Counted from the first letter of the stretch, positions 19,200 to 29,508 are shown. The stretch: DNA of 64,000 nt from an uncultured beta proteobacterium (GCA_963844255.1 CAWJNP010000035.1:137-64136); one strand, 5' to 3'. The notes: generated by a model from the sequence alone, not told the origin. Program-made: numbers and translations.

Positions 19200-20366
19200 T
19201 CACTTCATCCCGCAGTCTTGCACGTACGCGTCGCCATGGTCCTTGAATACCGTCCCGATGGTCTTGTTGACCAACCGGCCCTGTGCGTCCTTGCCGACCA
19301 CACGCAGGTAGTAGTTCTGAATCGGGTACTGGTTCTTGTTGATCTTGAACGGTCCGTGGGTCGAATCGAACTTGACGTTCTTCAGCGCCTTGCGCAACGC
19401 GTCCTTGTTCTCGATCTTTCCCTTCAGGCTCTTCACTGCGGCATCGATCATCAGCGCGGTGTCGTAGCCCTGCGCGGCGAACACCGAGGGCAGGCGCTTG
19501 TACTCCGCTTCGAAGTCGGCGACGAACTTCTTGTTGACTGCATTGTCGAGGTCGAGCGCCCAGTGCGAGGTGTCGAACAGGCCAAGCATCGCATCGCCCA
19601 CCGGCCGGATGATGTCCTGGTCCGAGGCGAAGCCCGGCGTCATCAGCTGGATGTCCTTGGACAGACCCGAGCCGACGAACTGCTTGATGAAGTTGATCCC
19701 CATCCCGCCGGGCAGGAAGACGTAAAGCGTTTCGGGCTTGGCCGCGCGGATCTGGGCGAGTTCGGCCGAGTAGTCGAGCTGACCGAGCTTGGTGTACACC
19801 TCGTCCACGATCTTGCCCTTGTAGAAGCGCTTGAACCCCGCAAGCGAATCCTTGCCCGCCTGGTAATTCGGCGCCAACAGGTAGGCGTTCTTGTAGCCCT
19901 TGTCGGTCGCATTCTTGCCGGCAGCTTCGTGAAACGCGTCGTTCGGCCAGGAGGTGACGAAAAACCACGGGTTGCACTGTTTTCCGGCCAGCGGCGAGGG
20001 TGCCGCGTTCGGACTCACGTAGGGCGTCTTGGAATTGAATGCCTCGGGCACCGCGGCCAGCATGATGTTGGAGAACACCATGCCGGTGAGGATGTCGACC
20101 TTGTCCAGGCGGATGAATTTTTCCGCGAGCTGCTTGCCGACCTGCGGCTTGAACTGGTCGTCGCCGATCTCGACATCCGCCGGCAGTCCGCCGAGCTTGC
20201 CGCCGTTCAGCTTTACCGCAAGGTTGAACGCGTCGCGTATGTCCACGCCCAGCGCGGCGCTCGGGCCGGACAGCGTGCTGATGAAACCGATCTTGATCTT
20301 GTCCGCGGCTGTCGCGGTTCCGGCCACGGTCAGCGCGAACGCGGCGATGGCAATCTGTTTGAGCAT
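19200..20366 (-). CDS. livK: Branched-chain amino acid ABC transporter periplasmic substrate-binding protein (LivK/LivJ family)
   Basis: Signal peptide MLKQIAIAAFALTVAGTATA and the type-I periplasmic binding fold. It is the first gene of the operon. Confidence 0.88.
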   Translation of the reverse strand: MLKQIAIAAFALTVAGTATAADKIKIGFISTLSGPSAALGVDIRDAFNLAVKLNGGKLGGLPADVEIGDDQFKPQVGKQLAEKFIRLDKVDILTGMVFSNIMLAAVPEAFNSKTPYVSPNAAPSPLAGKQCNPWFFVTSWPNDAFHEAAGKNATDKGYKNAYLLAPNYQAGKDSLAGFKRFYKGKIVDEVYTKLGQLDYSAELAQIRAAKPETLYVFLPGGMGINFIKQFVGSGLSKDIQLMTPGFASDQDIIRPVGDAMLGLFDTSHWALDLDNAVNKKFVADFEAEYKRLPSVFAAQGYDTALMIDAAVKSLKGKIENKDALRKALKNVKFDSTHGPFKINKNQYPIQNYYLRVVGKDAQGRLVNKTIGTVFKDHGDAYVQDCGMK

Positions 20367-20393
20367 GAGAATCCCCCCGGTAAAAAAGGCATT

Positions 20394-21230
20394 CTACTTC
20401 ATGCTGCGGCGGGCTTCTTCGGAGGCGGAACGGGCCGCATTGTAGAGCGGGAGCACGCGTGGCAGATTGGCCTCGATCTCCCTGATCCGGCTGGCGTGGG
20501 CCGGATGCGTGGAAAGGAACTGCGGCGGCTGGCCGCCACCCAGCTTTGACATCTTGCGCCAGACCTCGGCGGCGGCGCGAGGGTCGTAGCCGGCACGCGC
20601 GGCCAGTTCCATGCCGACCAGATCCGCGTCGGTCTCATGCTGGCGCGAAAACGGCAGGCTGACCGCAAGGTCGGTTGCCTGCGCAAGCATCGACGTCGAA
20701 ACCTGGCCGAGGTTGAGCAACGCCGCCGCGACGCTCACGCCGACGTTCTTGAGCACCTGCTCGGACATCCGTGCGCGCCCGTGCTCCAGCAGTGCGTGTG
20801 CGATTTCGTGTCCCATGATCACGGCGACTTCGTCATCGGTCAGCTGCAACGCGCTGATGATCCCGGTAAAGAACGCAATCTTGCCGCCGGGCATGCAGAA
20901 CGCGTTGACCGACTTCGAACTGATCAGGTTGACTTCCCAGCGCCAGCGCTGCGCATCGGCATTGAAGCGCGCCGCCGGCGGGATGAGTCTTCTTGCAATG
21001 TCGCGCAGCCGCTCCACCTGCCGGCGGTCATTGTTGAGGGCGTTCTTCTGCGCGGCGCTGCGCATCAGCTGGCCGTATTGCTGTCCGGCGCTGTTTTCCA
21101 CCGTAGATTTCGGAAGCAGCAGGAGGCGGCTTTTCCTGACGTCGACGCCTTCGTGCGCCTGTGGGAAGGCAGCAAGGGACGCAAGCGCCAGCGCGATCGC
21201 CAGCAGGCCGGCTTGGAAACGGCGCGTCAC
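20394..21230 (-). CDS. M48-family zinc metallopeptidase with signal peptide
   Basis: HEIAHALLEHG (HExxH) and a downstream Glu. The GTG start at 21230 gives the signal peptide VTRRFQAGLLAIALALASLAAFPQA and overlaps the AKR stop as GTGA. The longer ORF to 21374 would lack a signal. Confidence 0.75.
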   Translation of the reverse strand: MTRRFQAGLLAIALALASLAAFPQAHEGVDVRKSRLLLLPKSTVENSAGQQYGQLMRSAAQKNALNNDRRQVERLRDIARRLIPPAARFNADAQRWRWEVNLISSKSVNAFCMPGGKIAFFTGIISALQLTDDEVAVIMGHEIAHALLEHGRARMSEQVLKNVGVSVAAALLNLGQVSTSMLAQATDLAVSLPFSRQHETDADLVGMELAARAGYDPRAAAEVWRKMSKLGGGQPPQFLSTHPAHASRIREIEANLPRVLPLYNAARSASEEARRSMK

Positions 21231-22144
21231 AGGCTGGCGAAATGCCGGGCCATGCGCGTGCGCATGGCCGCATCCGGCAGTGGGCCGCTGCCGGCGGCAA
21301 GGTTGTCCTGCATGTGCGCGGGCTTGCCGGTGCCGGGGATTGCACAGGTGACGGACGGGTGCGAGATGATCCACTTGAGGAAGTACTGGGCCCAGCTGGT
21401 CGCGCCGAACTCCGCGGCCCAGGCTGGCAGGGGCTTGCCGCGTGAGCGGCGGAACATCTCTCCTTCCGCAAACGGGCGGTTGACCAGGACGGCGACGCCC
21501 TTTTCGCGCGCCAGCGGCAGCAGGCGTGCCTCGGAGTCCGGTTCGGCCAGCGAATAGTTGATCTGGAGGAAATCGTATTTTCCGGCTTTCAGCCAGCGCT
21601 CGACCTCGTCGTAGGCCGAGCGGGTGTAGTGGGTGATGCCGATGTAGCGCACCCGCCCCGCGGACTTCCAGTCCTCAAGCGTTCTGGTATGCACGGCCGC
21701 ATCGACGAGGTTGTGGATCTGCATCAGGTCCATGCGCGCGACCCGCAACTTCTTGAAGGAGGCTTCCATCTGAGCGATGCCTTCTTCGCGGCCCCGCGTC
21801 CATACCTTGGTTGCGACAAACAGCCGGTTCGTGATCCCGAGGTCCGCTGCGATATCGCCTGCGACGGTCTCGCTCGAGCCATACATCGGCGAGCTGTCGA
21901 TGACGCGTCCGCCGGCTGCCGCAAACAATGCTAGAACTTCCTTCAGCGCACCGAGGGTTGTCGCGTCTCCGCCTGCATCGAACGTCTGCCATGTCCCGAC
22001 GCCGATTGCGGGCAGGGTTTCACCGCTGGAAGGAATGACGCGCGCGACGAGTCCCTCGGCAGCCTGTACCGGAACCGGACTCACCGCGGCAAGCCCGGCA
22101 AGGCCCGCAAGCCCGCGAAGTGCACTACGACGTGCCGGATCCAT
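21227..22144 (-). CDS. Aldo/keto reductase with twin-arginine (Tat) signal peptide
   Basis: N-terminal RRSALRGLAGLAGLAAV Tat motif with the AKR (alpha/beta)8 signature regions (e.g. GITHYTRSAYDE). Confidence 0.8.
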   Translation of the reverse strand: MDPARRSALRGLAGLAGLAAVSPVPVQAAEGLVARVIPSSGETLPAIGVGTWQTFDAGGDATTLGALKEVLALFAAAGGRVIDSSPMYGSSETVAGDIAADLGITNRLFVATKVWTRGREEGIAQMEASFKKLRVARMDLMQIHNLVDAAVHTRTLEDWKSAGRVRYIGITHYTRSAYDEVERWLKAGKYDFLQINYSLAEPDSEARLLPLAREKGVAVLVNRPFAEGEMFRRSRGKPLPAWAAEFGATSWAQYFLKWIISHPSVTCAIPGTGKPAHMQDNLAAGSGPLPDAAMRTRMARHFASL

Positions 22145-22243
22145 GCGTGCATTCTCGAATCAGGAAGGCTCAAACCGCGATGGTATCTCAGCCCGCGGAC
22201 CGCTACGGGAAAGATTCAGGCATCTCGATCGGTAGAGGGGGAC

Positions 22244-25200
22244 ATGGAGCGCGCATCGGCTAAAATGCGCAGCTCGATGAAAGCCGAGTTGCAAGCAGAA
22301 TTCCAAACCGATCAGGCTGCGGCACTGGCGGCGGCGCTATCCGCAGCGATCGCGGGAGAGGTTCGCTTCGATGCGGGCAGCCGCGCGGTGTATTCGGCGG
22401 ACGCCTCCAACTATCGCCAGATCCCGATCGGGGTCGTGCTGCCAAAGACCTTCGATGACGTGGTCGCCGCAGTGCGCATCTGTCGCGCGCATGGCGCGCC
22501 GCTGTTGCCGCGCGGCGGGGGCACCTCGCAGTGCGGGCAGTGCGTGAACGTCGCCGTGGTGCTCGATTTTTCGAAGTACCTCGGCCACGTCGTGTCGGTG
22601 GATCCCGCAGCCCGCACCGCGCTCGTCCAGCCCGGTGCCGTGTGCGACGCCCTGAAGGCCGCCGCCGAAGCGCACGGGCTCACGTTCGGCCCCGATCCCG
22701 CGACCCACAGCCGGTGCACCCTCGGCGGGATGATCGGCAACAACTCCTGCGGCGCGCACTCGGTGATGGCGGGCAAGACGGTGGAGAACATCGAGTCGCT
22801 CGAGGTGCTGACCTACGACGGTGCGCGCTTCTGGGCCGGACCGACCTCGGAGGGCGAACTCGAGGCGATCATCGCGCGCGGCGGAAGGCAGGGAGAGATC
22901 TACGCGCAGCTGAAGGCGCTGCGCGACAAGTATGCCGACCTGATTCGCGCGCGCTTTCCGCAGATCAAGCGCCGCGTGTCGGGCTACAACCTCGACCAGC
23001 TTCTGCCGGAGAACGGGTTCAACGTTGCGCGCGCACTGGTCGGCAGCGAGGGCACCTGCGCGATTACGCTGCAGGCAGTCACCCGGCTGGTGAAGAACCC
23101 TGCAGCGCGCGTGGTCCTGATCCTGGGCTTTCCCGACATTTATGCCGCGGGCGACGTGGTGCCGGAGGTGCTGCGTGCGGCGCCGATCGCCTGCGAGGGA
23201 CTCGACGAAAAGATCATCGGTGGCCTGCGCGAGCGTCGCCTGAAACTCGAAGACATCGACCTGTTGCCCGCAGGATCTGCCTGGCTGATGGTCGAGTTCG
23301 GCGCCGCGACCCGGCAGGCCGCCGTGGCACAGGCGCGCGGTCTCATGGATGCGGTCGCGGGCAGGAACCCGCGACCCAGTGCATGGCTGATCGAGGACAA
23401 GCCGACGATCGAGCGCATGTGGACGATCCGCGAGACAGGGGCCTCGGCGACGGCACTGGCGCGCGGCGCGGATGAAGCCACGCGCGGTCCGGACCCGGTG
23501 GTGGGTTGGGAAGATGCTGCGGTCGATCCGCTGCGCCTGGGTGACTACCTGCGCGAATTCCAGGCGCTGATCGATGCCTGCGGGTATCGCACCTCGCTCT
23601 ACGGGCATTTCGGAGACGGCTGCATTCACGCGCGCATCACGTTCGACCTGCGCAGCCCCGAAGGCATCGCGCAATGGCGCGGTTTCCTGAAGCAGGCGGC
23701 CGACCTCGTGGTCAAGTACGGCGGATCGCTGTCAGGCGAGCACGGCGACGGACAGGCGAAGGCCGAATTCCTGCCGGCGATGTATGGCGAGGAACTGATG
23801 GGCGCCTTCCGGGAGTTCAAGGCGATCTGGGATCCGGAGAACCGCATGAACCCGGGCAAGCTGATCAACGCGAATGGTCCGGTGAACGCGGCCGACGCGA
23901 ATCTGCGCCTCGGGCCGGCGTACAAACCGGTCACGTTCGCCACGCGCTTTGCCTTCAGGAGCGATGTGGGCGACGGATTCACGCGGGCGACGGAGCATTG
24001 CATCGGGATGGGAAAGTGCCGCGCGACGTCCGGGGGCACGATGTGCCCGAGCTACCGGGTGACCGGCGAGGAGCGTTACTCGACGCGCGGCCGCGCGCGG
24101 CTGCTGTTCGAAATGCTGCAGGGCGAGGTCATCAAGGACGGCTGGCAGAGCGAAGAAGTGAAGGAGGCGCTCGACTGGTGCCTCGCATGCAAGGGATGCA
24201 AGAGCGACTGTCCCACGCACACCGACATGGCCACCTACAAGGCGGAGTTTCTATCCCACTACCATGAGAAGAAGGCCCGGCCCCACCAGGCCTGGTCGAT
24301 GGGCCGTATCGGCGACTGGGCGCCGCTGGCCGCGAAGTTTCCGCGCATCGCCAATTTCTTCTCCCAGACTGCAGCATTCGCGCCGCTGGCCAAGCGCGTG
24401 TCCGGCGTTGCGCAGGAACGGTCACTTCCCGCATTCGCGAGGCAAAGTTTTCGTGAGCAGTTCAACGTGCTTCACGCCAGCCGTCGGGATCCGGATCAGC
24501 CGCGCGCAGTGCGGCGTGGAGAGCCTGTGATTCTGTGGGCGGACACCTTCAGCAATTATTTCCGTCCGGAAACGGCGCTCGCCGCGGTCGAGGTACTGGA
24601 AGCGGCCGGCTGCCGGGTCAGTATCCCGCCGGAACGCCTGTGCTGCGGGCGTCCCTATTACGATTTCGGTTTTCTGGACGCGGCAAAGGACGCTCTCGCA
24701 CGGATCCTCGAGTCGCTCGGAGCCTCGATCTATTCAGGCACGCCGGTGGTCGGGTTGGAGCCCAGTTGCGTTGCGGTTTTCCGCGATGAGCTGCGCAATC
24801 TGTTCCCGGATGACGAAAGGGCGCAGCGCCTGGCCAGCCAGACGTTTACGCTGGCGGAGTATCTGGAGCGCAGGGAATGGCGTCCTCCGCAGAGGCGCGA
24901 TCTGATCGGCTCGCGTGCGCTGGTGCATGGCCATTGTCATCAGAAGGCAGTGCTCGGCATGCAGTCCGAACTCAGGCTGCTCGAGGCCGCAGGTTTCAGC
25001 GTCGACGTGCCGGATTCAGGCTGCTGCGGCATGGCCGGCTCGTTCGGATTCAATCCGGCTCACTATGCGGCCTCGCAACAGATCGGCGAACGCATCCTGC
25101 TACCGAAGGTGCGTGAGGCGACGGACGAAACCCTGATCGTTGCGAACGGGTTTTCCTGCCGCGAGCAGATCGAACAGGCGACCGGTCGCAAGACGCTTCA

Positions 25201-25270
25201 CATTGCCGAGGTTCTCGCCGGCGTGCTGCGAAATGCGTCTGCTTCCGGCAGCGACGGCCCGCAGGGTTGA
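22244..25270 (+). CDS. ydiJ: FAD-linked oxidase fused to an Fe-S (CCG/GlpC-like) domain, YdiJ-like D-2-hydroxyacid dehydrogenase (1008 aa)
   Basis: N-terminal PCMH FAD-binding domain (GGGTSQCGQ), a central 4Fe-4S CxxCxxC region, and a C-terminal cysteine-rich CCG domain. The size and architecture match E. coli YdiJ. Confidence 0.85.
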   Translation: MERASAKMRSSMKAELQAEFQTDQAAALAAALSAAIAGEVRFDAGSRAVYSADASNYRQIPIGVVLPKTFDDVVAAVRICRAHGAPLLPRGGGTSQCGQCVNVAVVLDFSKYLGHVVSVDPAARTALVQPGAVCDALKAAAEAHGLTFGPDPATHSRCTLGGMIGNNSCGAHSVMAGKTVENIESLEVLTYDGARFWAGPTSEGELEAIIARGGRQGEIYAQLKALRDKYADLIRARFPQIKRRVSGYNLDQLLPENGFNVARALVGSEGTCAITLQAVTRLVKNPAARVVLILGFPDIYAAGDVVPEVLRAAPIACEGLDEKIIGGLRERRLKLEDIDLLPAGSAWLMVEFGAATRQAAVAQARGLMDAVAGRNPRPSAWLIEDKPTIERMWTIRETGASATALARGADEATRGPDPVVGWEDAAVDPLRLGDYLREFQALIDACGYRTSLYGHFGDGCIHARITFDLRSPEGIAQWRGFLKQAADLVVKYGGSLSGEHGDGQAKAEFLPAMYGEELMGAFREFKAIWDPENRMNPGKLINANGPVNAADANLRLGPAYKPVTFATRFAFRSDVGDGFTRATEHCIGMGKCRATSGGTMCPSYRVTGEERYSTRGRARLLFEMLQGEVIKDGWQSEEVKEALDWCLACKGCKSDCPTHTDMATYKAEFLSHYHEKKARPHQAWSMGRIGDWAPLAAKFPRIANFFSQTAAFAPLAKRVSGVAQERSLPAFARQSFREQFNVLHASRRDPDQPRAVRRGEPVILWADTFSNYFRPETALAAVEVLEAAGCRVSIPPERLCCGRPYYDFGFLDAAKDALARILESLGASIYSGTPVVGLEPSCVAVFRDELRNLFPDDERAQRLASQTFTLAEYLERREWRPPQRRDLIGSRALVHGHCHQKAVLGMQSELRLLEAAGFSVDVPDSGCCGMAGSFGFNPAHYAASQQIGERILLPKVREATDETLIVANGFSCREQIEQATGRKTLHIAEVLAGVLRNASASGSDGPQG

Positions 25271-26025
25271 GCGTGCGAGCGGTATTCCTCGCCTTGCTGC
25301 TTGCCGCAGCATGCAATGCCTGGCCGCAAGGCGCCGCAGTTCCAGTCGAAGCGCGACTTTTCGACGCGATCGATGCCGGCAAGGAAATCTACGCCGAAGG
25401 ACTTCTGCTGAACGGCAAACCCGATCTGAATGCACGCAACTCCACGGGCGAAACCGTGTTGCATCGTGCCGTCAGCAAGGGCATGAAGGAACTGGTCCAA
25501 TTGCTGATCAAAGCGGGTGCCAGCGTTCGCGCACGCTCGGGCAACGGCGAGTCCGTGCTGCATCTCGCCGCACTGAACGCCGAGCCGGAGATGACGTCGC
25601 TGCTTCTGGCCGCGGGCGCGGATCCGAAAGCGCGCAACGACGACGGCGAATCGGTCCTGCACTGGGCCGCGCTTTCCGGCAATGCCGCTGTTGTCGCCGT
25701 ATTGCTCGATCACGGAGCCGACCCGGAGGTGGCGGATCTGCGAGGTTATCGTCCGCTGCATTCGGCGGCGGATTCGGGCAGCGTCGAAACCGTGAAACGC
25801 CTGCTGGCGGCAGGCGTGGATCCGGCGGCCAGGAACCGCGCCGGGTTGGGTGCGATCGATGTCGCGCGCGCGCGCGGGACCCCTGAAATCATCCGCCTGC
25901 TGTCCGTTGAAAGTCAGGGCGGTGCTGCCTCGGTCGGCCGGGCCGGCGGGTCGAACCGCGGATCAAACCGCGGGTCGAACTTCGGCACCGTCGATATTGA
26001 TCAGCAGCCCAAGGTGAGCTACTAG
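25267..26025 (+). CDS. Secreted ankyrin-repeat protein (about 5 ANK repeats) with a G-S-N-R repeat C-terminal tail
   Basis: Signal peptide MSVRAVFLALLLAAACNA with repeated TVLHRAV / SVLHLAA / SVLHWAA / RPLHSAA ankyrin motifs. The start overlaps the ydiJ stop (TTGA). The C-terminus is GGSNRGSNRGSN. Confidence 0.85.
   Translation: MSVRAVFLALLLAAACNAWPQGAAVPVEARLFDAIDAGKEIYAEGLLLNGKPDLNARNSTGETVLHRAVSKGMKELVQLLIKAGASVRARSGNGESVLHLAALNAEPEMTSLLLAAGADPKARNDDGESVLHWAALSGNAAVVAVLLDHGADPEVADLRGYRPLHSAADSGSVETVKRLLAAGVDPAARNRAGLGAIDVARARGTPEIIRLLSVESQGGAASVGRAGGSNRGSNRGSNFGTVDIDQQPKVSY
25948..25983. repeat. Short 12-bp tandem repeat (gggtcgaaccgc x about 3) encoding the GSNR repeats of the ankyrin protein tail
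   Basis: Visible direct repeats in the sequence. Confidence 0.7.
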
Positions 26026-27635
26026 CGCAGCAGCCGCTCGGCCGCGCGGACGCCGGCGTAGTGCGCTTCTTCGAACAGCGACATCCCGGACAGGTCCGAG
26101 TGCGCGAACGATAGCGGGCGCTCGAGGCCTGCCAGGATCGTGCGCAGTGGCGCGCCAAGAAAGCCCGGCGCCGGGCGCGGCATCGCATGACCCCAGCGCC
26201 AGATGTCGATGCGCTTCAACATTGACGGAAGCGCAGGGTGCGGGCGGGAGAGTTCAGCGACGATATCGTCCACCCAGCCCTTCCAGGTGGTATTGGCCAG
26301 GCGTGCGCGCGCCTCACGGGCAGTGCCTTCGGTCATTGGACGATACCAGGTCAGTACGGTCGGGCCCGGCCTGGACCGGACTGCCTGATGGGTCGCCACG
26401 ACATACCCAAGCGAGGTGCTGCCATAGAGAACGTTGTCCCAGGCGAGCCCCGCAGGCCCGAGATCCTCGGGCAGGCCGTCCAGGGTCAGGTTGGCAACCA
26501 GCCAGGGCGCGTAGTCGACCTGTGCGCTCGCTTCGCGCAGTCCCGCGGGTGGATTGTCCCAGACGCGTGCAAGCACGAAGGCCGGGGCGGCCCAGATGAC
26601 CTGTCCGGCATGTACCTTGATGGTTCGCTGTTCGGCCGCCAGGTAAATATCAAGTTCCGCACCTTTGCGGCCGGTGGTGACGCGTGTGCAGAGTGCACGC
26701 GCCTGGACGGGTGCCGTGTGGCGCGCGCTCAGCCACTGAATCATGCGCCTCACCAGCCAGCCGTTGCCTTCCGGCCAGGTCAGCACGCTGTGCGGATCGG
26801 AGTGCGCGGCCTGCCCGTCGCGGCAGGCGTGGTAATGCAGGCCGGCCCAGGCCGAGGTTCCCTGCGCGAGCGTTCCGTAGTCGTCCCGGCACGCGTAGTC
26901 GACGTACCAGTTCAGGAACGGGGAATCGAATCCTTGTGTGAACATCCACGCGCGCATCGAGACCTGGTCCAGTTCGCGATGATGCTTGTCCATGCCCGAA
27001 AGGAGGGAGGGCACAGTGAACGGTTTGCGCCCCGCGGCATCCCGCGCCGACTTGTACTTCTCGACGATGTCATCGAAACGCCGGTACTGGTCAAGATCGC
27101 GTTGCGCCACACCCATTCTCGGCAGCAGGCCTTCCTGCCACAGCCCGTTGAAGTACAGGCGCTCGCGCGGTTCGTGGACGAGATAACGCTCGTCGTACAC
27201 GGGAAGCCGGGCGTCGACCGGTCCACTGAGCACGCCCAGATCGGCGAGCAGGGTTCGCACCGAGCGGCTCTCCATGGTCGGCAGCGGCAGGTAGTGCGCG
27301 CCCCATGGGTAGGGGGTGACCGGATTCGCTCCCGAGCGCGCGTTGCCGCCGGGTTCGCCCTCCATTTCGAAGAGCCTGAAATCGGTGACCCCATTCCGTG
27401 CCAGGTGCCATGCCGCCGACAGCCCGCCGATCCCGCCGCCGATGATGGCCACCGGCACATGCAGCGTCTGCTGCGCACTCGCGCGCCCGCGTCCCGGGGC
27501 TGGGTTGCGCAGACGATGGCCGAGTTCAAGGTCCGGGCCGAGCAGCAGACCTTCGGGCTGGGGCACGCCGTTGGCGAATTCGCAGGACGCCAGCAGCGGG
27601 CTGGCAAGTGCGGCGAGGAAGGTGCGGCGATCCAC
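26022..27635 (-). CDS. Tat-exported FAD-dependent amine oxidase-family oxidoreductase
   Basis: N-terminal MDRRTFLAALASPLLASC (Tat RR plus a possible lipobox) and a dinucleotide-binding VAIIGGGIGGLSAAWHL motif. It is the last gene of the SPFH-DUF4178-DUF350-SpeE-like cluster. Confidence 0.8.
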   Translation of the reverse strand: MDRRTFLAALASPLLASCEFANGVPQPEGLLLGPDLELGHRLRNPAPGRGRASAQQTLHVPVAIIGGGIGGLSAAWHLARNGVTDFRLFEMEGEPGGNARSGANPVTPYPWGAHYLPLPTMESRSVRTLLADLGVLSGPVDARLPVYDERYLVHEPRERLYFNGLWQEGLLPRMGVAQRDLDQYRRFDDIVEKYKSARDAAGRKPFTVPSLLSGMDKHHRELDQVSMRAWMFTQGFDSPFLNWYVDYACRDDYGTLAQGTSAWAGLHYHACRDGQAAHSDPHSVLTWPEGNGWLVRRMIQWLSARHTAPVQARALCTRVTTGRKGAELDIYLAAEQRTIKVHAGQVIWAAPAFVLARVWDNPPAGLREASAQVDYAPWLVANLTLDGLPEDLGPAGLAWDNVLYGSTSLGYVVATHQAVRSRPGPTVLTWYRPMTEGTAREARARLANTTWKGWVDDIVAELSRPHPALPSMLKRIDIWRWGHAMPRPAPGFLGAPLRTILAGLERPLSFAHSDLSGMSLFEEAHYAGVRAAERLLR

Positions 27636-27699
27636 AATCGGTCAGGGCGGGTTCAGCCGGCTGCGCCCGGACGTGGATCGAACGGTGGCTCCGCCCATG

Positions 27700-29199
27700 T
27701 CAGCGCAGCACCCGATGCCATTCCGACTCGAAGGTGCGCACCAGAACCTGGTTGTTCAGGCGGTTGACTTCGGCCGGGACGCGCGCCATGTCGGCGGGAA
27801 AGTCCAGCATGGATTTCAGCGTGTCCGCCGTGAGGTAGCGTGTTGGAACCGGGAAGGATGCGGGGCGTGCATATTCGCCGCGTCCGGCGATGATGTAGCC
27901 CCATTCACCGAACGAAGGCACGTAGGCGTGGTAAGGCGCGGTGCGCAGGCCCGCATCCTCGAGCGTGGCGACGATGCACCAGAAGGATTGCCGCGCATAC
28001 AGCGGCGAGGTGGCCTGGATCACCGCCAGTCCGCGCGCCGAAAGACGTTTTTCAAGGAGGCGGTAGAAGGCGCTCGAATACAGCTTGCCGAGCGAATAGT
28101 TGGATGGATCCGGAAAATCGATCACGACAAGGTCGAATGTCTCCGGATGGGTGTCCAGCCAGACGAAGGCGTCCTCGTTCACTACCTTGAGTTTCGGCGA
28201 GGAGAGCGATCCGAGGTTCATTCCCGCGAGCAGGGGATTTTCGCGAAACAGGCTGGTCATCCTGGCATCGAGGTCGACGAGCGTGATCGATTCGATCTGC
28301 GAATACTTGAGCACTTCGCGTGCCGCGAGGCCGTCGCCGCCGCCGAGGATCAACACCCTGCGGGCACCCGGCAGGGTGGCCAGGGCTGGATGAACCAGGG
28401 CCTCGTGATAGCGGTATTCGTCACGCGAGGAGAACTGCAGGTTGCCGTTGAGGAACAGGCGCACGTCGTCCCGCCAGCGTGTGATCACGATCCGCTGGTA
28501 AGGCGTCGAGCCGGCGTACACGATCTGGTCGGAATAGATGCCTTCCTCGGCGAGCGTGGTCAGGTACCCGGAAAAGCCGAAACCGGCCATCAGCACCGCG
28601 AATGCGGCAACCCCCTGGGCGCGCAGGGCGCGCGCGCCGCGATGGGCCGCGCCCAGCAGCCGGATCGCCCAGAGCGCGACCAGCACATTGAGCAGGCCGA
28701 ACAGAAATCCCGTGCGCATTAGTCCCAGGTGCGGCGCGAGCACAAGCGGGAACAGAATCGACACTGCAAGTGCTCCGAGGTAGTCGAAGCTGAGCACCTG
28801 GGCCACCAGTTCCCGGAAGTCGATCTCGCTTTTCAGGATCCGCATGATCAGCGGTATTTCGAGTCCCACCAGCACACCGGTAAGCGATACCGTGGCGTAA
28901 AGCACGAGGCGGAACGCATCGGTCAGGTGCGCGAAAGCGAGAAACAGGAACGCCGCCGAGCAACCGCCGATCACCCCCACAAGCAGTTCGATCTGCACGA
29001 ACCACACCACGAGTGCGCGTCCGATGTAGCGTGACAGCCACGAACCGATTCCCATGGAAAACAGGTAGGTACCGATGACCGTGGAAAACTGGGTGATCGA
29101 ATCCCCCAGCACGTAGCTTGCGAGCGCGGCCGAGATCAGTTCGTAGGCGAGTCCACAGGATGCAACGACGAAGACGGAAAAAAGAAGCGCGTGGCGCAC
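27700..29199 (-). CDS. speE: Membrane-anchored polyamine aminopropyltransferase (spermidine synthase-like, about 7 TM N-terminal domain)
   Basis: TM-rich N-terminal half followed by the aminopropyltransferase core (ILGGGDGLAAREVLKY, VDLD). Confidence 0.8.
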   Translation of the reverse strand: MRHALLFSVFVVASCGLAYELISAALASYVLGDSITQFSTVIGTYLFSMGIGSWLSRYIGRALVVWFVQIELLVGVIGGCSAAFLFLAFAHLTDAFRLVLYATVSLTGVLVGLEIPLIMRILKSEIDFRELVAQVLSFDYLGALAVSILFPLVLAPHLGLMRTGFLFGLLNVLVALWAIRLLGAAHRGARALRAQGVAAFAVLMAGFGFSGYLTTLAEEGIYSDQIVYAGSTPYQRIVITRWRDDVRLFLNGNLQFSSRDEYRYHEALVHPALATLPGARRVLILGGGDGLAAREVLKYSQIESITLVDLDARMTSLFRENPLLAGMNLGSLSSPKLKVVNEDAFVWLDTHPETFDLVVIDFPDPSNYSLGKLYSSAFYRLLEKRLSARGLAVIQATSPLYARQSFWCIVATLEDAGLRTAPYHAYVPSFGEWGYIIAGRGEYARPASFPVPTRYLTADTLKSMLDFPADMARVPAEVNRLNNQVLVRTFESEWHRVLR

Positions 29200-29292
29200 T
29201 TACGGACGCTCTCTGATCGAATGGGGTGCGGGTCGGCGAAATTCGCCGCACCCGTTTACGACTGAAATCGCGTCGATGCCGGAAGCAACGGC

Positions 29293-29508
29293 TCAGCCAT
29301 GAACCGAGGCCGCGACGATGAGCGCGATCCCAAGGCACATGGCGCCGACGACGATGGCAAGGGAGAGATTCTGCTTCTCGACGATTTCCTTCCACAGATC
29401 GTATGGCGTGATCTTGTCTATGATCACGAACGAAAGCCAAAATACGACGATCCCGAGTATCGAGTAGATGATCGAGTTGAGAAGGTACTGCGGATTGACG
29501 AAGTCCAT
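29293..29508 (-). CDS. DUF350 small membrane protein (YjfL-like)
   Basis: 71 aa with two TM helices, typical DUF350 size and sequence pattern. It sits between the DUF4178 and SpeE-like genes. Confidence 0.75.
   Translation of the reverse strand: MDFVNPQYLLNSIIYSILGIVVFWLSFVIIDKITPYDLWKEIVEKQNLSLAIVVGAMCLGIALIVAASVHG

Noticed and set aside
19218-20549. 443-aa ORF antisense to livK
   Set aside because: Spurious high-GC antisense frame. LivK has a signal peptide and conserved fold.
22337-23674. 445-aa ORF antisense to ydiJ, and similar long antisense ORFs at 26238..27767, 27316..28722, 28421..29440, 30771..31613, 36061..36897, 43531..44613, 50559..51614 and 54173..55897
   Set aside because: All lie opposite well-supported genes and translate to low-complexity Arg/Ala/Gly-rich sequence.
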